Source: Paraspadella gotoi (Eukaryota; Animalia; Chaetognatha). Taken from it: a stretch of DNA of 64,000 nucleotides. The stretch's first letter is position 1. Every line of letters begins with the position of its first letter. Shown here piece by piece: positions 39,664 through 52,695 of this stretch. Under the pieces are notes generated by a model that worked only from the letters and a program-made list of their open reading frames with translations, did no database searches and had not been told where the DNA came from. The position numbers and the translations under genes were made by a program. The DNA lies in NCBI GenBank assembly GCA_051294375.1, contig CM119268.1, positions 8,303,008-8,367,007 of the forward strand. The letters are read 5' to 3'.

Positions 39664-39763
<100 letters not shown>

Positions 39764-40150
39764 TCTCTTCTCTCTCTCTCCTCCTCTTCTATATCGTTTT
39801 TTTCCCCTTTTTTTACATTTTCTTTTCTTCACTTTAGATTTATCACAATGTTTTCTCTCTTGCTCTTTCTACTCTTAAACGAAATTTTTACAATCAATAA
39901 AAAATTAATTATACATTCATTCTGTACCCTTGACCCCTGCCTCGTTTAAGGCTTCCTTTTCTGCCAAAAGATAATAAAATAGCAGGACTCTGCGTCCGCA
40001 ATATTTTAATCAAGACTCTCTCACGGTCCCGTTCATCAACTCCCAGAGTACCTGGCTTCCTTATCAATGAAATGGTATGATGTTTCAATAAACTGTTTCA
40101 ATTATAAAAAAAATTATCGCTCTCTTAATTATTAGATTGGGGAAGACTAA

Positions 40151-40390
40151 TTAATGTATTCCGCGCCAGTAGCATCTAATTTCACACGCAACCGCGACGA
40201 CCTCATTGAACTCTTCTCTTATGCTTGATCCAGTTTCCATCCTTTTCCAATTTCGGAACTCACTTATTCCTCTCCCAGACACCTTACCCTCCATCATCCC
40301 TTCTCCAACTTTGCTCATGTTGCGACTATAGTCAATATTCGTTGCTTGTTTTTGCTTGCTCGTTGCGCTTGTCCTTATCGTATTTTTCAC
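40151..40390 (-). pseudogene. Possible decayed RTE-clade LINE 3' end
   Basis: GMMEGKVSGRG..RNW..A..R..WR resembles the RTE C-terminal EGKVEGKR.RGRP..W motif. Confidence 0.3.
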
Positions 40391-40856
40391 TGATTGCTTG
40401 TTTGCGCTTAAACTTCTGTTTTAAATCATGAAATTTTTATTTTCTCTATTGTTTATTGTCGCCATGTTCACATGTCCCGTTTTTTATCATTTTCCATCAG
40501 CCATTTACGGCTTTTTCAGTTATCGGTTACTCATTCTTGTCTTCTTGTCTTGAATTCTAAAATTTTATTCTATCACTTACATCTCGTATCTTGCTTCTTT
40601 TCGGTCATCCACAACTTCTTAATACTTGTCATAAAAACCTAAAAAAAAAGATTTCTTGCCCCTTTCTTTGTCTCTCATTTCGAAAGCTCTTAATAAATGC
40701 CAAATAGTTTCGAACTGAATTAAAATTAATTTTCTTACTCATCTTTTTCTCTTAAGTTTAACCATCATCGTTCATCAACTTCATCAGCTTCATCAACTTC
40801 CCGCCTTCTCACACCTCTCTCCTTTCGTCTTTTCATCTTCTTTGTCTCTCTTCCCA

Positions 40857-40889
<33 letters not shown>

Positions 40890-41187
40890 TTCTCTGCTTC
40901 CCTCTCTTTCCCTCTCTTCTCTCTCTCTGACTCTCTCTCTCTGATCTCTCTCTCTCTCCTCGATCTCCCTTCCACTTTCTCCATCTTCCATTCTTTCCTC
41001 TCTCTCTCGTCTCTCTTCTCTCTCTCTTCTCTCCTCTCTCTCTCTCTCTCTCCTATCTCTCTCTCCTCTCACTTCACCTCACTTCCATCTTCTCTCCTTA
41101 ATTCTTTCTCCTCTCTCTATCTCTCTCCTCTCCTTCTCGTCTCACCTCTCTCTCTTTCTTTCCTGCCTTCTTTCTCCTCTCTCCTCG

Positions 41188-41257
<70 letters not shown>

Positions 41258-41287
41258 ACTCACTCTCTCTTCTCTCTCTCTCTCTCT

Positions 41288-41320
<33 letters not shown>

Positions 41321-41376
41321 CTTATCTCCCTTCCACCTTCTCTCCCATCTTTTCTTTCCTCACTCGTCTTCTCTCT

Positions 41377-41417
<41 letters not shown>

Positions 41418-41823
41418 CCCTCTCTCTCCCACCTATTTTTCTCCTTCCAATTTTCCCATATTTTTCCATCGTTTTTCTTCCTTTTCGATTTCCTTTCCCT
41501 TCATCGGTTTCGACCCATCACGCAGATCAGCCTTTTCCTAAAAATTCCTCCTTTCACGCATTTGAATCGATTCACCATTTTCTTTCTCCATTTTTTTCGC
41601 CATTCACCGCACCATTTTTCAACACCAATTTTTTCTCATAAAAGTCACCGTTTTTCATCGATGCGCCAAAAAACTTATGGGAGGAAGAGCATCTGTTGAG
41701 AAAACTTGATGTAAACAAACAAAAGTCTAAAAAAAAACAAACCAGACAGATCAGTGATGCAGAAAATGACGGGTTTTATAACATGCAATTTTGTTTATAA
41801 AACTTTTTGTTTATAAAACTTTT

Positions 41824-42200
41824 TCCAGTATGTATCCCTAACAGAACATACGATAATACAAGGTAGTCTTATCCTTATGATAAAAACAATCATACAATAT
41901 AATTTTAATCCCCTAAAAAATTATATATTTTATATTATGAGTTTCTCAACAGGAAAGATGTACGTTATCTATTAGAAAACTGGAACAGAAAGTAATCTAA
42001 CCTTGTGTTGTGTAGATGCACTCTTTATTTCCATAAGACAACACGAACGTCCACATCCCAAACAGATAAATGATATTATATCTAAATATTTAACACAAAA
42101 AATATTTTAACAAATAAATGAAATAATATATAATAGTTATATAATTTTATAGAAATTTAAAAAAATAAAGATAGTGACCTTTTGCAACTTTCATAATCAT
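41824..42200 (+). repeat. Dispersed repeat, diverged copy of 47470-47890
   Basis: Shared blocks GTATGTATCCCTA.CAGAACATAC, GGTAGTCTTATCC and TATCTATTAGAAAACT..AGTAATCTAACCTTGTGTTGT. Confidence 0.8.
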
Positions 42201-42259
42201 CGTAAAAACAAACTGACATAATTTTAATACTAAGACGACGCGCGAAAATTTTTAATTCC

Positions 42260-42894
42260 ATGAAGCAAATATCACTCGGTTTTGTCACATTCCTTTTAGT
42301 TTTATCAGGAGGTAGACCTTTTAAAATCGCAACAAAAATAATTATTTCCTCCGACGAAGCCTCGTTTTTTTTTCGTTTTTTTTTGTTTCCAGTAAAATAT
42401 TTTCTTTTCTTTTATGATTATTTTTTAAAATTGAAAATAAAAATTTCCTACTGAAAAAGAAGCGACGACGTCAGCAAAGAGAAATGATTACGCGCCTACT
42501 TTGAGGGTGACGTCGCCGTCATCGGCGTCGTCGTCGTCGTTGCCGTCGTCGTCGTCGTCGACGCCGTCGTCGTCGTTGCCGTCGTCGACGCCTCGTTATC
42601 ACCATGGTTACTGTTCCTGGTTCCCGTGCGCAGGAGTGGCGCCTTTTTTCGCACGGCGCTAGCGCCACTCGCGCGCCGCGGCCTTTTCGACCAATGAGCG
42701 ATCGAGGAGGGGCGTTTCCGGCCAATCGGAGCGGAAGACGTCGAGGGGGAAACGTACGTGACGTCAGCGGTAGTCGGAGAACCTAGACTAACGCTGATCA
42801 CAAAATATAATGTGAATCGTGATGTTTACGAAAAATGGAGAGGAGGGGAGGATTGCTTGAAGAGTCACAAGGGTGGGAGAGAGAGAGGAGAGAG

Positions 42895-42954
<60 letters not shown>

Positions 42955-43581
42955 GAGAAAGAGAGAGGAAGCACAGAAAGAGAAGAGAGAAGAGAGAGCG
43001 GAGAGCATAAAGAGAGGCGGGAGAGAGAGAGAAACAGATAACAGACACAGAGAGGAAAAAAAAAAGTCATGAGCTGGTTAAGTGGGCGGAGACAAACCTA
43101 AAGAAAGAAATTAAAGAAAAAGAAGAAGAGTCAGCAGAAAAAGAAATTGAAAAGGAAAGATAAAATTATTTTTAGAATTCCTTCAATATTCGATCACGAC
43201 AATGCGTTTTTCATTGTCTGCCAATAGAGAACAAATATTACTTAACGGTTCCATAATCGCTGAAGCCAGAGTTGTCTTCATTCCAAACGAAGTCGTCTTA
43301 GACACAGGATTTAAATGCAATGTCGTTAGTCCCCTCAACGAATCAATAACAAATGAGCAATGTATCAAAAATGTATGTCATATTTTATATTCAAGGAAGA
43401 TGATGGCTGATCTGATAAATCTATAGTATAGACAGACGTAAGGACGAACGGATTACATCGACGCTACGCGACTCGGAAAAAAAACACGAGTGAAAACGCC
43501 GAGAATCTTCATCAGGATTTTCCAGTAATCCCTTTCGCAAGAGAGAGAGAGAGAGAAGAGAGAAGAGAGAGAGAGAGAGAG

Positions 43582-43618
<37 letters not shown>

Positions 43619-44396
43619 AAGAAGAGAATGAAAGAGTAGTCTCTATTGTATTTTAGGGATGACATGCGGATTTTACTCAAGAACGATTATAGTATTGACG
43701 TAACACGTCAACTTAGTCTTCCCAAATAAAAATTAAAAACGTAAAACCTGTGAAAAAGTAAAAACATTAAATATAATCTAAAGTTCTTCGACCAGACCGT
43801 GATTTGAACGGATAGCGTACCTGACTGGTGTCATCACCACATAATCCGAGGTGGCAGCAAGTTTAGACGGATTTAATCCGTTTTTCACTTTAATCACGTT
43901 TTCACTTAGAAATCGTGACGAATTTCGTGACTAATCTCATCGGTTGTTGCGGGATGATTTTAAATATTAGCTCTGAACATCGATGTCATCGTTGTGCAAC
44001 TAATCAAACATATCAACAAATCTACAGTTTTAAAGTTTTTACGTATGTATTTCTAAAAAAAAATCAAGAATGTCAACATTGCAAAAAATATCTCCGGCCT
44101 TTTTTCGAAGCCTTGAGCCCAGTTGGGTTTGTCGCCACAAAAAAGAAAGAGGAAGGGAATATAAATTTGGGTTTGGTGTTCGACCTTTGGGTCAGAGTCC
44201 GCCACTACCGGTGTTGATTAAGAGAGAAAGAGATGAGAGTAGAGAGAGAGAGAGAACGAGAGACTAGAAAGCAAGACGACGGAGCGGGGGGAGAAAGAGC
44301 GAGAGAGAGCGAGGCGGAGAGACGGAAAGCGCGCGGAAGAACGTCGAGAGAGGAAGAACTGAGATCTGAGAGATGGAGAGCCGGGGCCGACCGGGT

Positions 44397-44444
<48 letters not shown>

Positions 44445-46379
44445 TCAGAAAGAGGAAAGATCATAGATACGAAAGAGCTTCCAGATTAGAACGTTCGTGA
44501 GTGAAAGGTTGGAAAGATCTTGCAGATAAAAAAGGTTTTCATAGATGGGATACGACGCCGTTTGATTTGGTGGCGCCTCACATGGATTTGATTAAGACGC
44601 CGTAAAAGATGAACTCCATCTTCGATTTACAAAAAAGCGAAGAGTGATAACAATCTCGTTCGTCGTCGCTGATTTGCGCAATTTTGTCGTTTCTTTGCTG
44701 CAGCAGACGGCATATTAATGAAAACGGCTCCCTTTTCCGAAATCACCCCAATTCTGTTCCTTTGTTTTAATACTTTACTAATATTATTCCATAATCCCTA
44801 ACCCTAACCATAAACTTTAATCCTTAATCTCAAACTCTACTTTAAACTCTAAACCCCAGTGCATAATCCTAATCACCAACCTTAATCTTTAACCTAATCC
44901 CTAAAATTAAGTCTACCATTCAAAATTTTAACTTAAAAATTAACTTTCAAAATTCCTTATGAAATTGGTACAACCAATATAAAAATTATTCATTCATTTA
45001 ATAAATAATATATATAAGAAGCTTTTTAAGAAAATAAGGCCAAGAAAACTCGGCCGAATCATACTTTTTTCGCTCATCTCTTTCTGTGCCGAAGAAAAAC
45101 AATTGGGATTTGGGATTTAGGAAAATGAAACCAAGAGACAGAACAACAAAGATATATATAAACAACATTAAATATTTAACCTTCTATCATCGAATTTGAG
45201 TGCAAGCGGGGAAAAAAAAACGAGACATGGTGACCGACCGACTAAAAAGCGATAGTTAGACCGAGGAACAAGAAATTGCGGTTTCGAGACTCGATCGTGT
45301 TATATTTTTGTGATTCTATTTCTTTGTTCACTCTTATCTTCCATACTTCGCCAGATTCACTAATGAGGTCCAACATACGTCTCACGTGACACGAGACACG
45401 TGATACCCATCACAAGTCGCTGCCAAGGACAAGAAATAAATATATAAATTTCTTTCCCATTCCAGTTTTTTCCTTCGGCTCAGTTGAGAAGTTGAAACGG
45501 GATATAAAAGTCATAAAAAAGTCTCCGTTTATCAATTTTCACTCGAAAAAGCCTCGAATCACCACGCCCCCCCACCCCCCCCAAAAAAAAATTAACGTCG
45601 GTACCGGAAATCGTGGGCGTGGCCTCTTCGGTCGACGTCTCATTTCCGACGGAGGAAAATTGAAGAAGTCGATTGGAAACCGGAAGGAACAGCTGAGTTG
45701 CCAGTTGCCAGTTGCCACTGAAGGCGACACTGACGCCGCGTGGGCGCCAGTCGGAAACGCTGTTCGAGAGAGTCGTGCTCGAGAGTCCTTGGAAAAAAAA
45801 AAAGCTAAATGGCATATACTAGCGAAAATTTTTCTATTTTGAACGTCGCCTGTCAAAAAATGGTAAAAAGCAGTCCTCCTTTTTTTTTTAAATGTCACAG
45901 CCAAACTCAGTCACTTTCTCACATACGAGTATGACTTTTATATTATGTTGTATGTTAAAATTTATAAAAAACTTAACTAGACAATTAGTGTACAATCCAT
46001 TTGTATTTAGTTATAACATTTTAATCATACGAAAAAAAAATCACAAATGTATCTCTAGAAGGATTTCTCCCTTGATAAGGTAAGAGGTAAGATTTACACC
46101 GAAATGAAAAACTTCTCATCTCTCGAATCATGAAACTGAAATATTTCTCTCTCTCTCCTCACTAACCCTCTCGTCCTGTCTCTCTCTCACTCACTCACGA
46201 AAAGCTAACCTGAACGCCAGTTTCAAGGCCGAGCGGCGGAAATTAAAACGATAATCGAGAGATGCGCGCTGCTGCGTCGCTCGTTGCTGCGTACTTCTGC
46301 AGCGGCGCTCCTTGCTGCGTTTTTTATATGGAGCTTCAGCTGCTCTTCTTATGCTTTTCCCTGGATCAAGAGGTTTTAA
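42260..46379 (+). CDS. Candidate spliced gene: small secreted or membrane-anchored protein of unknown family (~140 aa)
   Basis: Exons 42260-42311 (signal-peptide-like MKQISLGFVTFLLVLSG, phase-1 donor), 43176-43372, 46059-46079 (21 nt) and 46221-46379 join in frame with GT-AG boundaries. The product ends in hydrophobic AAALLAAFFIWSF..FPWIKRF*. I do not recognise a homologue. Confidence 0.45.
42640..42775. promoter_or_regulatory. Promoter-like CpG-rich motif cluster
   Basis: Two CCAAT boxes (about 42691 and 42722), ETS-like GCGGAAG and the CRE palindrome TGACGTCA (about 42759) within ~80 bp. Motif evidence only. Confidence 0.3.
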
Positions 46380-46998
46380 GGTATGTGTCCCTCAACTTTT
46401 CTGACCATACACTCATCCCCACTTCCTCAGCTTCGCCTTCTTCTCGTAAATCTAAAAAACCGTCTACAGTTTTCTTTCCCTTCCTCCGAATATAACTAAT
46501 CGCCACCAACTTTATCTGTCTCACTCTCTCCATTTCTTTCTCTTTCTCTTCCTCTTCCCCCTCTCTACGGTTCTCCTTTCTAATTTCTCGTTCCTCTTCT
46601 CGACCTATCTCTATCTCCAACTTCCCTCCCCCCTCTCATTTCTCCTTCTCTCTCTCCCTTTCTTCCTACCTTTCTTACTTTGACCTATGTTCCTTCCCTT
46701 CCTCCCCCTTCCTCCCTCTCTTCCGGTCCATTCTCTCCATTTTATCCCTCTTTTCCTCGCTCTTTCGCCCTTCCCTTTTTCCTTCCTCCTCCATCCCTCT
46801 CCTCCTCCTCCCCTTCTTTCTCTTCCTCCCTCTCTCCCGCTCTTCTCTCCAGGATCACCTGCCTCCGTCGACTGCGCATCTCGTCCGGATGACCTTTGAC
46901 CCCTCGACCTCCGCCGACGGCGCCGCCAACCGGTCGGCGGATCCTCGACTCCGGGGACGTAATTGCGCGTGAGAGCTTTTGGTCACGAGGAATATTCC

Positions 46999-47119
<121 letters not shown>

Positions 47120-47469
47120 TCCTTATTTCCTTATTTCCTTATTTCCCCCCAACGGATAAAATTTTGGGAAAGGATGGAAAATATCGGTTATCTCGAATAA
47201 AGAAAAACAGTTTTGGTTGAAAAAATATTTCAGAGTCGCGAAATTTGTCTTTGGTTTCCAAATTTGATCCCAATTTTCTTTCTGGAACTAAGGCAAACAT
47301 AACTGAACAAACGACTGACCAAAAAAGTTAGAACAAAACATATGAACATTAAAACGAAAGCAAAAAAGGACCCGATCATTTCATATTTATCTTGTGCGAT
47401 CATTTCTCAAAGAAAAAATATAACTTTAAAATTATATTCATGACATAAAGGTGCCCCTATAGACCTTTC

Positions 47470-47890
47470 CCCGGTATGTATCCCTATCAGAACATACAAT
47501 TTTACATGGTAGTCTTATCCCTATTGGTAAAAAAAATCATATATAACTTTGGTCACCCCTCAAAAAATTATCCATTCCCACCCCTTTCTGTTCAGCCTCT
47601 TAGATATTATGATTTTTCATTAATGACTTTCTAACAGAAATGATGTGTGATATCTATTAGAAAACTAGGACAGATAGTAATCTAACCTTGTGTTGTATAG
47701 ATGCTCCCTCTATTTCCAGAAGACAACACTGACTTCCCCTTCCCAAATTGAATTATTAGATAAATAAAACATTTTTAAGAAAGAAAGCAATATATATTTG
47801 ATTAAATAATAAGATTAAATACTAAATCCTTCATAAAATATAAAAATAGAAAATAGTGAAACAAGTAATTTGCAAATTTTCATATCATTT
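47470..47890 (+). repeat. Dispersed repeat, diverged copy of 41824-42200
   Basis: Same blocks as 41824-42200. It differs by substitutions as well as indels, consistent with a genuine older repeat family. Confidence 0.8.
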
Positions 47891-49564
47891 ATTTGCTCTT
47901 ATTGCAAACAGGGAAGATTTTTAAATTTATCCTAACTTAATCCTTTCCCTTTCTCTCTGAGCCCAGTTTAGCAAAATAGTTAGTAAAATAATAGTAATAT
48001 TTCTACATTTTTTTAATATCTAAACATGACTTGCTGTTTAAACAAAAAAGTTGCAATCACTTTTTGCCCCCATTTTTTTTTTTCAAAAAAGTTTTCCTTC
48101 CATCATGCACACGAAAAAAAAAGTCAACAGAAGCAATTTTTATCGAAACAAAAAAAAGCAATTTCGAAGGAAAAGTATTTCGCGTCGTCGTCGTCGTCGT
48201 CGTCGTCTCTTGGCAAGAATTGCAATTGCAAATCTGGCAGATTGCGGTTTCGCGCGTGAGAGATTTTCACCCCGATTTCAAACGAAGCAACTTCCCCGTA
48301 GAGGGGGAGCTACTGAAAGGGGTTAGGGGGGCGAACAGAGGGGGTCTGCAGGGAAATTCTGTGCTGGCCTGGGATAGTCCTGAGCAGATCACTCATCCGG
48401 AAACGACATCAAAAAACATTGGAAAACCGTAAAAGTAAAGCGGAATTTAACAAATCGAGGACATGGGAGAATGGAGATTCTTCGCTTTTTTTTTTTTTTT
48501 TCTTTTTTTCTGTTTATCAATCGATTTCCACAAAAAGATAAATAAACGTTCCCTAAAAATGCTTGGAGAGGATCGGCAAGAGAAAAGCCAGAAGGATCAA
48601 GTAGTCCTGCAAAAATACTAAAAATTATCCCGCTATTCGTAAATAAATAATTATAAATATTTTTCAACGCGTAGCGCAGAAATTTGTTTTTATTTTTTCA
48701 GTTTTGAAAAGGTAAAACAAGTGGCGACGCTTAACAGGAGGTTTGCACGACAAAGAAAAGAGCAACCTTTCTTTGTGTCTAAAACTGAAGAAAAAAATTA
48801 CTCTTATTTTTTGATCGATATGTGTGTGCGTAGTCAGAACGATTTCGTTAATAAATATATTTTATTCCAACCATCGTTTAGAATTACAATGCAATCACGA
48901 AGACTAGTACAAATAGAAATTACAAAAAAACTAAGATATTTATCTTAAATAATAAAAATGCAGTAACAAAAACGACGAGATTATATGACGCGATTTCGTA
49001 CGGTTTACGAATCCAACGGCGCTATTCCGACCTAAAAAAAAAAAGAAAACCAAAAAGTCGATTATATACTAATACTATATAGTCATATTCTTGCTAAATT
49101 TATTAACCCACTTAAGGTGATGATATTTAACAGTTGGGACATTTATCAGTAAAATTTGTGCCAAGAAAAAAATAGAAAGAGAAGACAAAGCCCTTTTTCA
49201 ATTATTAATAATATTAATAATACAATTTATAATCATCACTCATTTAATATTATCTTACGAACCCATATTGTATTTCTGAAGGCCCCATTGAAAGAGAGCG
49301 AGGGAGTTCCTGCCGCAAGGGGGCGGAAGTCGCTCTGGATCGTCGCAGGATTTTGTGAAAGTGTTGAAAACGAATCCGCGACGGCAGCGCCCGTTGCGGA
49401 TCACCTGATTCAAGATGGCGGACGGAGTGAGGAAAGACGGAATTCATAGATGGCCATGAAAATAAACTTTCGTGCCACTCACCAAACTGCCGAAGTAACA
49501 TTTTTCACTTTAAATCTTCACATACAGTAATCGTCGCGTAATCATTAATCTCCTTCCGTCGACA

Positions 49565-49695
49565 TTTACCATCTGCGCATATCACACGTTTCGCCACTAT
49601 CTGCACCACTCAACAGCTGCGCCCCTATATTTCTGCACCGCTCACCATCTGCGCCCCTCACCATCTGCGCCACTCACCATCTGCGCCATACATCT
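49565..49695. repeat. ~16-bp minisatellite (CACCATCTGCGCCCCT-like)
   Basis: Repeated ATCTGCGC/ATCTGCAC core, duplicated at about 56700-56825. Confidence 0.75.
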
Positions 49696-50142
49696 GTAGA
49701 ATCTCTGACATCCGGTCGACTCATCCGGGAAGAGTCCGTCCGCTTTTCCGAGGCAACGAAATCGAGGATTTTCAACGGGACCGCTGCAAGAAAATGTTGT
49801 TGTTGTCTTCTTTTGATAATTGATTTTGAAATTGGTACAACCGACATAAAATTATTCATTCATTCAATAAATAAGCTATCTTGCTCCCAGTCAGGACCAA
49901 TGACGACCATTCAAGCTTTCAATCAAAACTCAATCAAGACACCGTCCAGTTTTCATAACTCCCAAAAGCACAGGCTTCCTCGTTAATAAAGTGGTAGAAT
50001 ATAATTATGAAATTTTTCAATTGAATAAAAGTATTTTGAAGTTCGAAATATTCTTTTAGGATGCCTTTTTTTTTTGTTCTTTATCACGTTCAAAAATTCC
50101 AGAAAATGTTGCTTAGCTTTTCTTTTTTTCGAATTCGCTCAC

Positions 50143-51031
50143 CCGGCGCCCGACGTCGTCGTCGTTCCGCCCACGACGTCGTCGTTCTCATCGCCGTTCC
50201 CAGTCGACGTCGTCATCGTCGTCGTCGTAGATGGCGCTTTGGTCGTCGTGACGCAAGGCTTGTTGTCGGAAATTGGGACGCAGGCCTCGTCGGGATAACT
50301 ACAACAAAGAAAAACCGAGCTCGCTAGTTTCACGGTTAAGATTTAATTAATTTAAAGTTAGTTAAAATTTAATTTAATTCGGCGACTTTCTTTTTTTACC
50401 TGTACATTTTCCCTTTTGGACAACTCATGTGCATGATGGTTCTGTCGTCCTGACACTTGTAGTACCATTTGCACTGTCTTTTGTCATCGGGATAAACTCC
50501 CGCGGGCTTTCCTCCGCAATTGGGCACGAGGAGGCAGCGCCGTGTGCTGTCGTAGTCGCCTTTGTTCAGGGAAAAAAACAGAAGACAAGCGTCACAACGA
50601 ATCAAAATACTAAATATCGAGAAACTATACGTGATTACGTATATTAAAAGTATTTATTTATTTACTTATTTACTTCAATTTATTTCCTTACACGGAAGTT
50701 TCGCCTCCTTTCGGACTCCGCATTCCACTTCGCCGTATTCCCTGCATTCCTTCGTCTTGACGTCCCACAATTTAGGGTAAGGGCAGATGAACTGTTCCGG
50801 GATCCCATTGTTCTGACACCTGCGCGGTAAAATAAATGAAAACCAATTGAGGCGTCTTTTTCAAATTTTCACGTTGTCATGACGACGATACCTGTAGTAC
50901 GTGGCGCAGTGAAACTCGTCCGTGATGTAGATAGGTGTCGCGCGTCCGGATCTGTTCGGACACCGAGGCTGGCCTTGGTGGGAATGAAAGAAAAGAATGA
51001 ATAAATGGAATAAATGAATGAATGAAAATGA

Positions 51032-51064
<33 letters not shown>

Positions 51065-51091
51065 CAGTAATTAATAATAATAATAATAATA

Positions 51092-51181
<90 letters not shown>

Positions 51182-51212
51182 TAATAATAATAATATTATA
51201 ATAATAATAATG

Positions 51213-51247
<35 letters not shown>

Positions 51248-52695
51248 TATAATAATAATAATAATAATTATAATAATAAATAAGTAAATAAATGAATAAA
51301 TCTTTCTCACAGGTCTCCTTGTTGGGCCAATCGCACTTGGCGTCCTTAACGTTGTAGTGGAATCCCCCGGGACAGTCAAGCCGCTCGTCGACACCCTCTA
51401 CGCAGTAGTGATAGACGGAACAGTCGAAGTGGTCGCGAATGAAGAGGCGCCCGCGCGGGGGGCAGCGGAATTGCACGGGGACCGGCTCAGTGGGGGCTAG
51501 AAGCAGGAGGGTGGCGGAAGGTGGGGGAGAGAGATCGTGGGTGGACCGGGATGGTGGTTAAAGAGTGGAATGTTCGACAGAAAGTCTGACTATCAAAGAC
51601 GGGGTTAATCGCAAGAAACGTACTGCTTTATTGCCGTACCAGTTGCGAACTCCAAACTTTCCCCATATTGGAGTGTTTTTAAAAACTAGAACTACATAAG
51701 CTTTACGATCGCGATTTATACTATTTCTAAATAGTATAAATCGCGATCGTAAAGCGTAATTATTATTACCTGGAGTGGTGGGCGGTGGGGGCGATGTGCG
51801 GAAAAGAGGACCTGGCCAAAAAAAAAAGGCGTGAACGCAGAACCAGAATCAATTAAACAAAACAAAATAAATAACCATTCTAAAAACTAACTAATAAACA
51901 AAAGTCAGATTAACTCACAATCGACTTTCTCCTTGTAGTCGCACTCGTGCTTTTTCGCGTCGTACCAAAGTTTGGCCGGACACTGAAAGCGGCCGCCGCG
52001 TCCGCCCGACACGCACACGTAATAGGCAGAGCAGTCGGCCGGGTCGGGAGCTTCGCCCTCTTTGTCGTCGGCGCAGGTGACTTTGCCCGTCGCCTGATTG
52101 ACGGTGATGTCTTGATAGAAAAGGAAAAAGTTTTTATAATATATATAATATAATATATATAACGCGAACTCGGGCCTTTGTGTCGTTATATTTACCCCGC
52201 CTCATCTACCACTGCATTCAGTCAATTGCTCAGAGTAAATGAGATTATAAGATTTATACTTTCAAAGGAGGAGGAACAATGTGTACTACACATGTATAGT
52301 CGAAAGCAGTTTATTATTATTTTTCGAATCACCTTTCGCGCTGAGACGCGCGCGGCAAGGTACATCGCGTGCCCAGTTACACATTTGATTTTTTTGGTCC
52401 CATCTGAAAATAAAAAGATAAATTGTATAATTTTATGAATATATATATTATGAAATTTTATGAAAACATCTAAATCAAAATTGACACTCGTTCAAACATT
52501 TGGTCTCAAACCCTACACCCCACCACCTCGTGCCCGAGGGGCAGTCGAAGCTCTGCTGACCGCCCTGCTGGCACAGGTAATAGATGGAGCAGTCGTCGGG
52601 GTCGCCGAAGTAGCCCTGACCCGGACACGAGAAGGGGGCGTGGTCTTCGTAAGGGTCTTCGAGGGTCGTGGACCAGGGGATCATCCAGAGGAAGA
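50143..52695 (-). CDS. Multi-exon chitin-binding protein with five peritrophin-A (CBM14/ChtBD2) domains and a Thr-rich tail (copy 1; both ends uncertain)
   Basis: Phase-consistent GT-AG exons: 52695-52527, 52403-52333, 52110-51919, 51811-51770, 51496-51311, 50973-50892, 50819-50692, 50559-50400, 50298-50143 (1186 nt, about 395 codons). Six-Cys domains include CPGQGYFGDPDDCSIYYLC..FDCPSGTRWDQKNQMCNWARDVPC and CPPRG..DCSVYHYC..LDCPGGFHYNVKDAKCDWPNKETC. Confidence 0.92.
51700..51755. repeat. Perfect 27-bp-arm palindrome in an intron of the chitin-binding gene
   Basis: GCTTTACGATCGCGATTTATACTATTT-CT-AAATAGTATAAATCGCGATCGTAAAGC. A copy lies at 58873-58928. Confidence 0.95.

Noticed and set aside
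44790-44905. Telomeric repeat or chromosome end
   Set aside because: Only degenerate TAACCC-like units at an internal position.
49410-49450. CAAGATGGCGGAC (YY1/start-codon-like) as the start of a plus-strand gene
   Set aside because: No sustained ORF or convincing exon chain follows, and the motif is disrupted in the duplicate copy.
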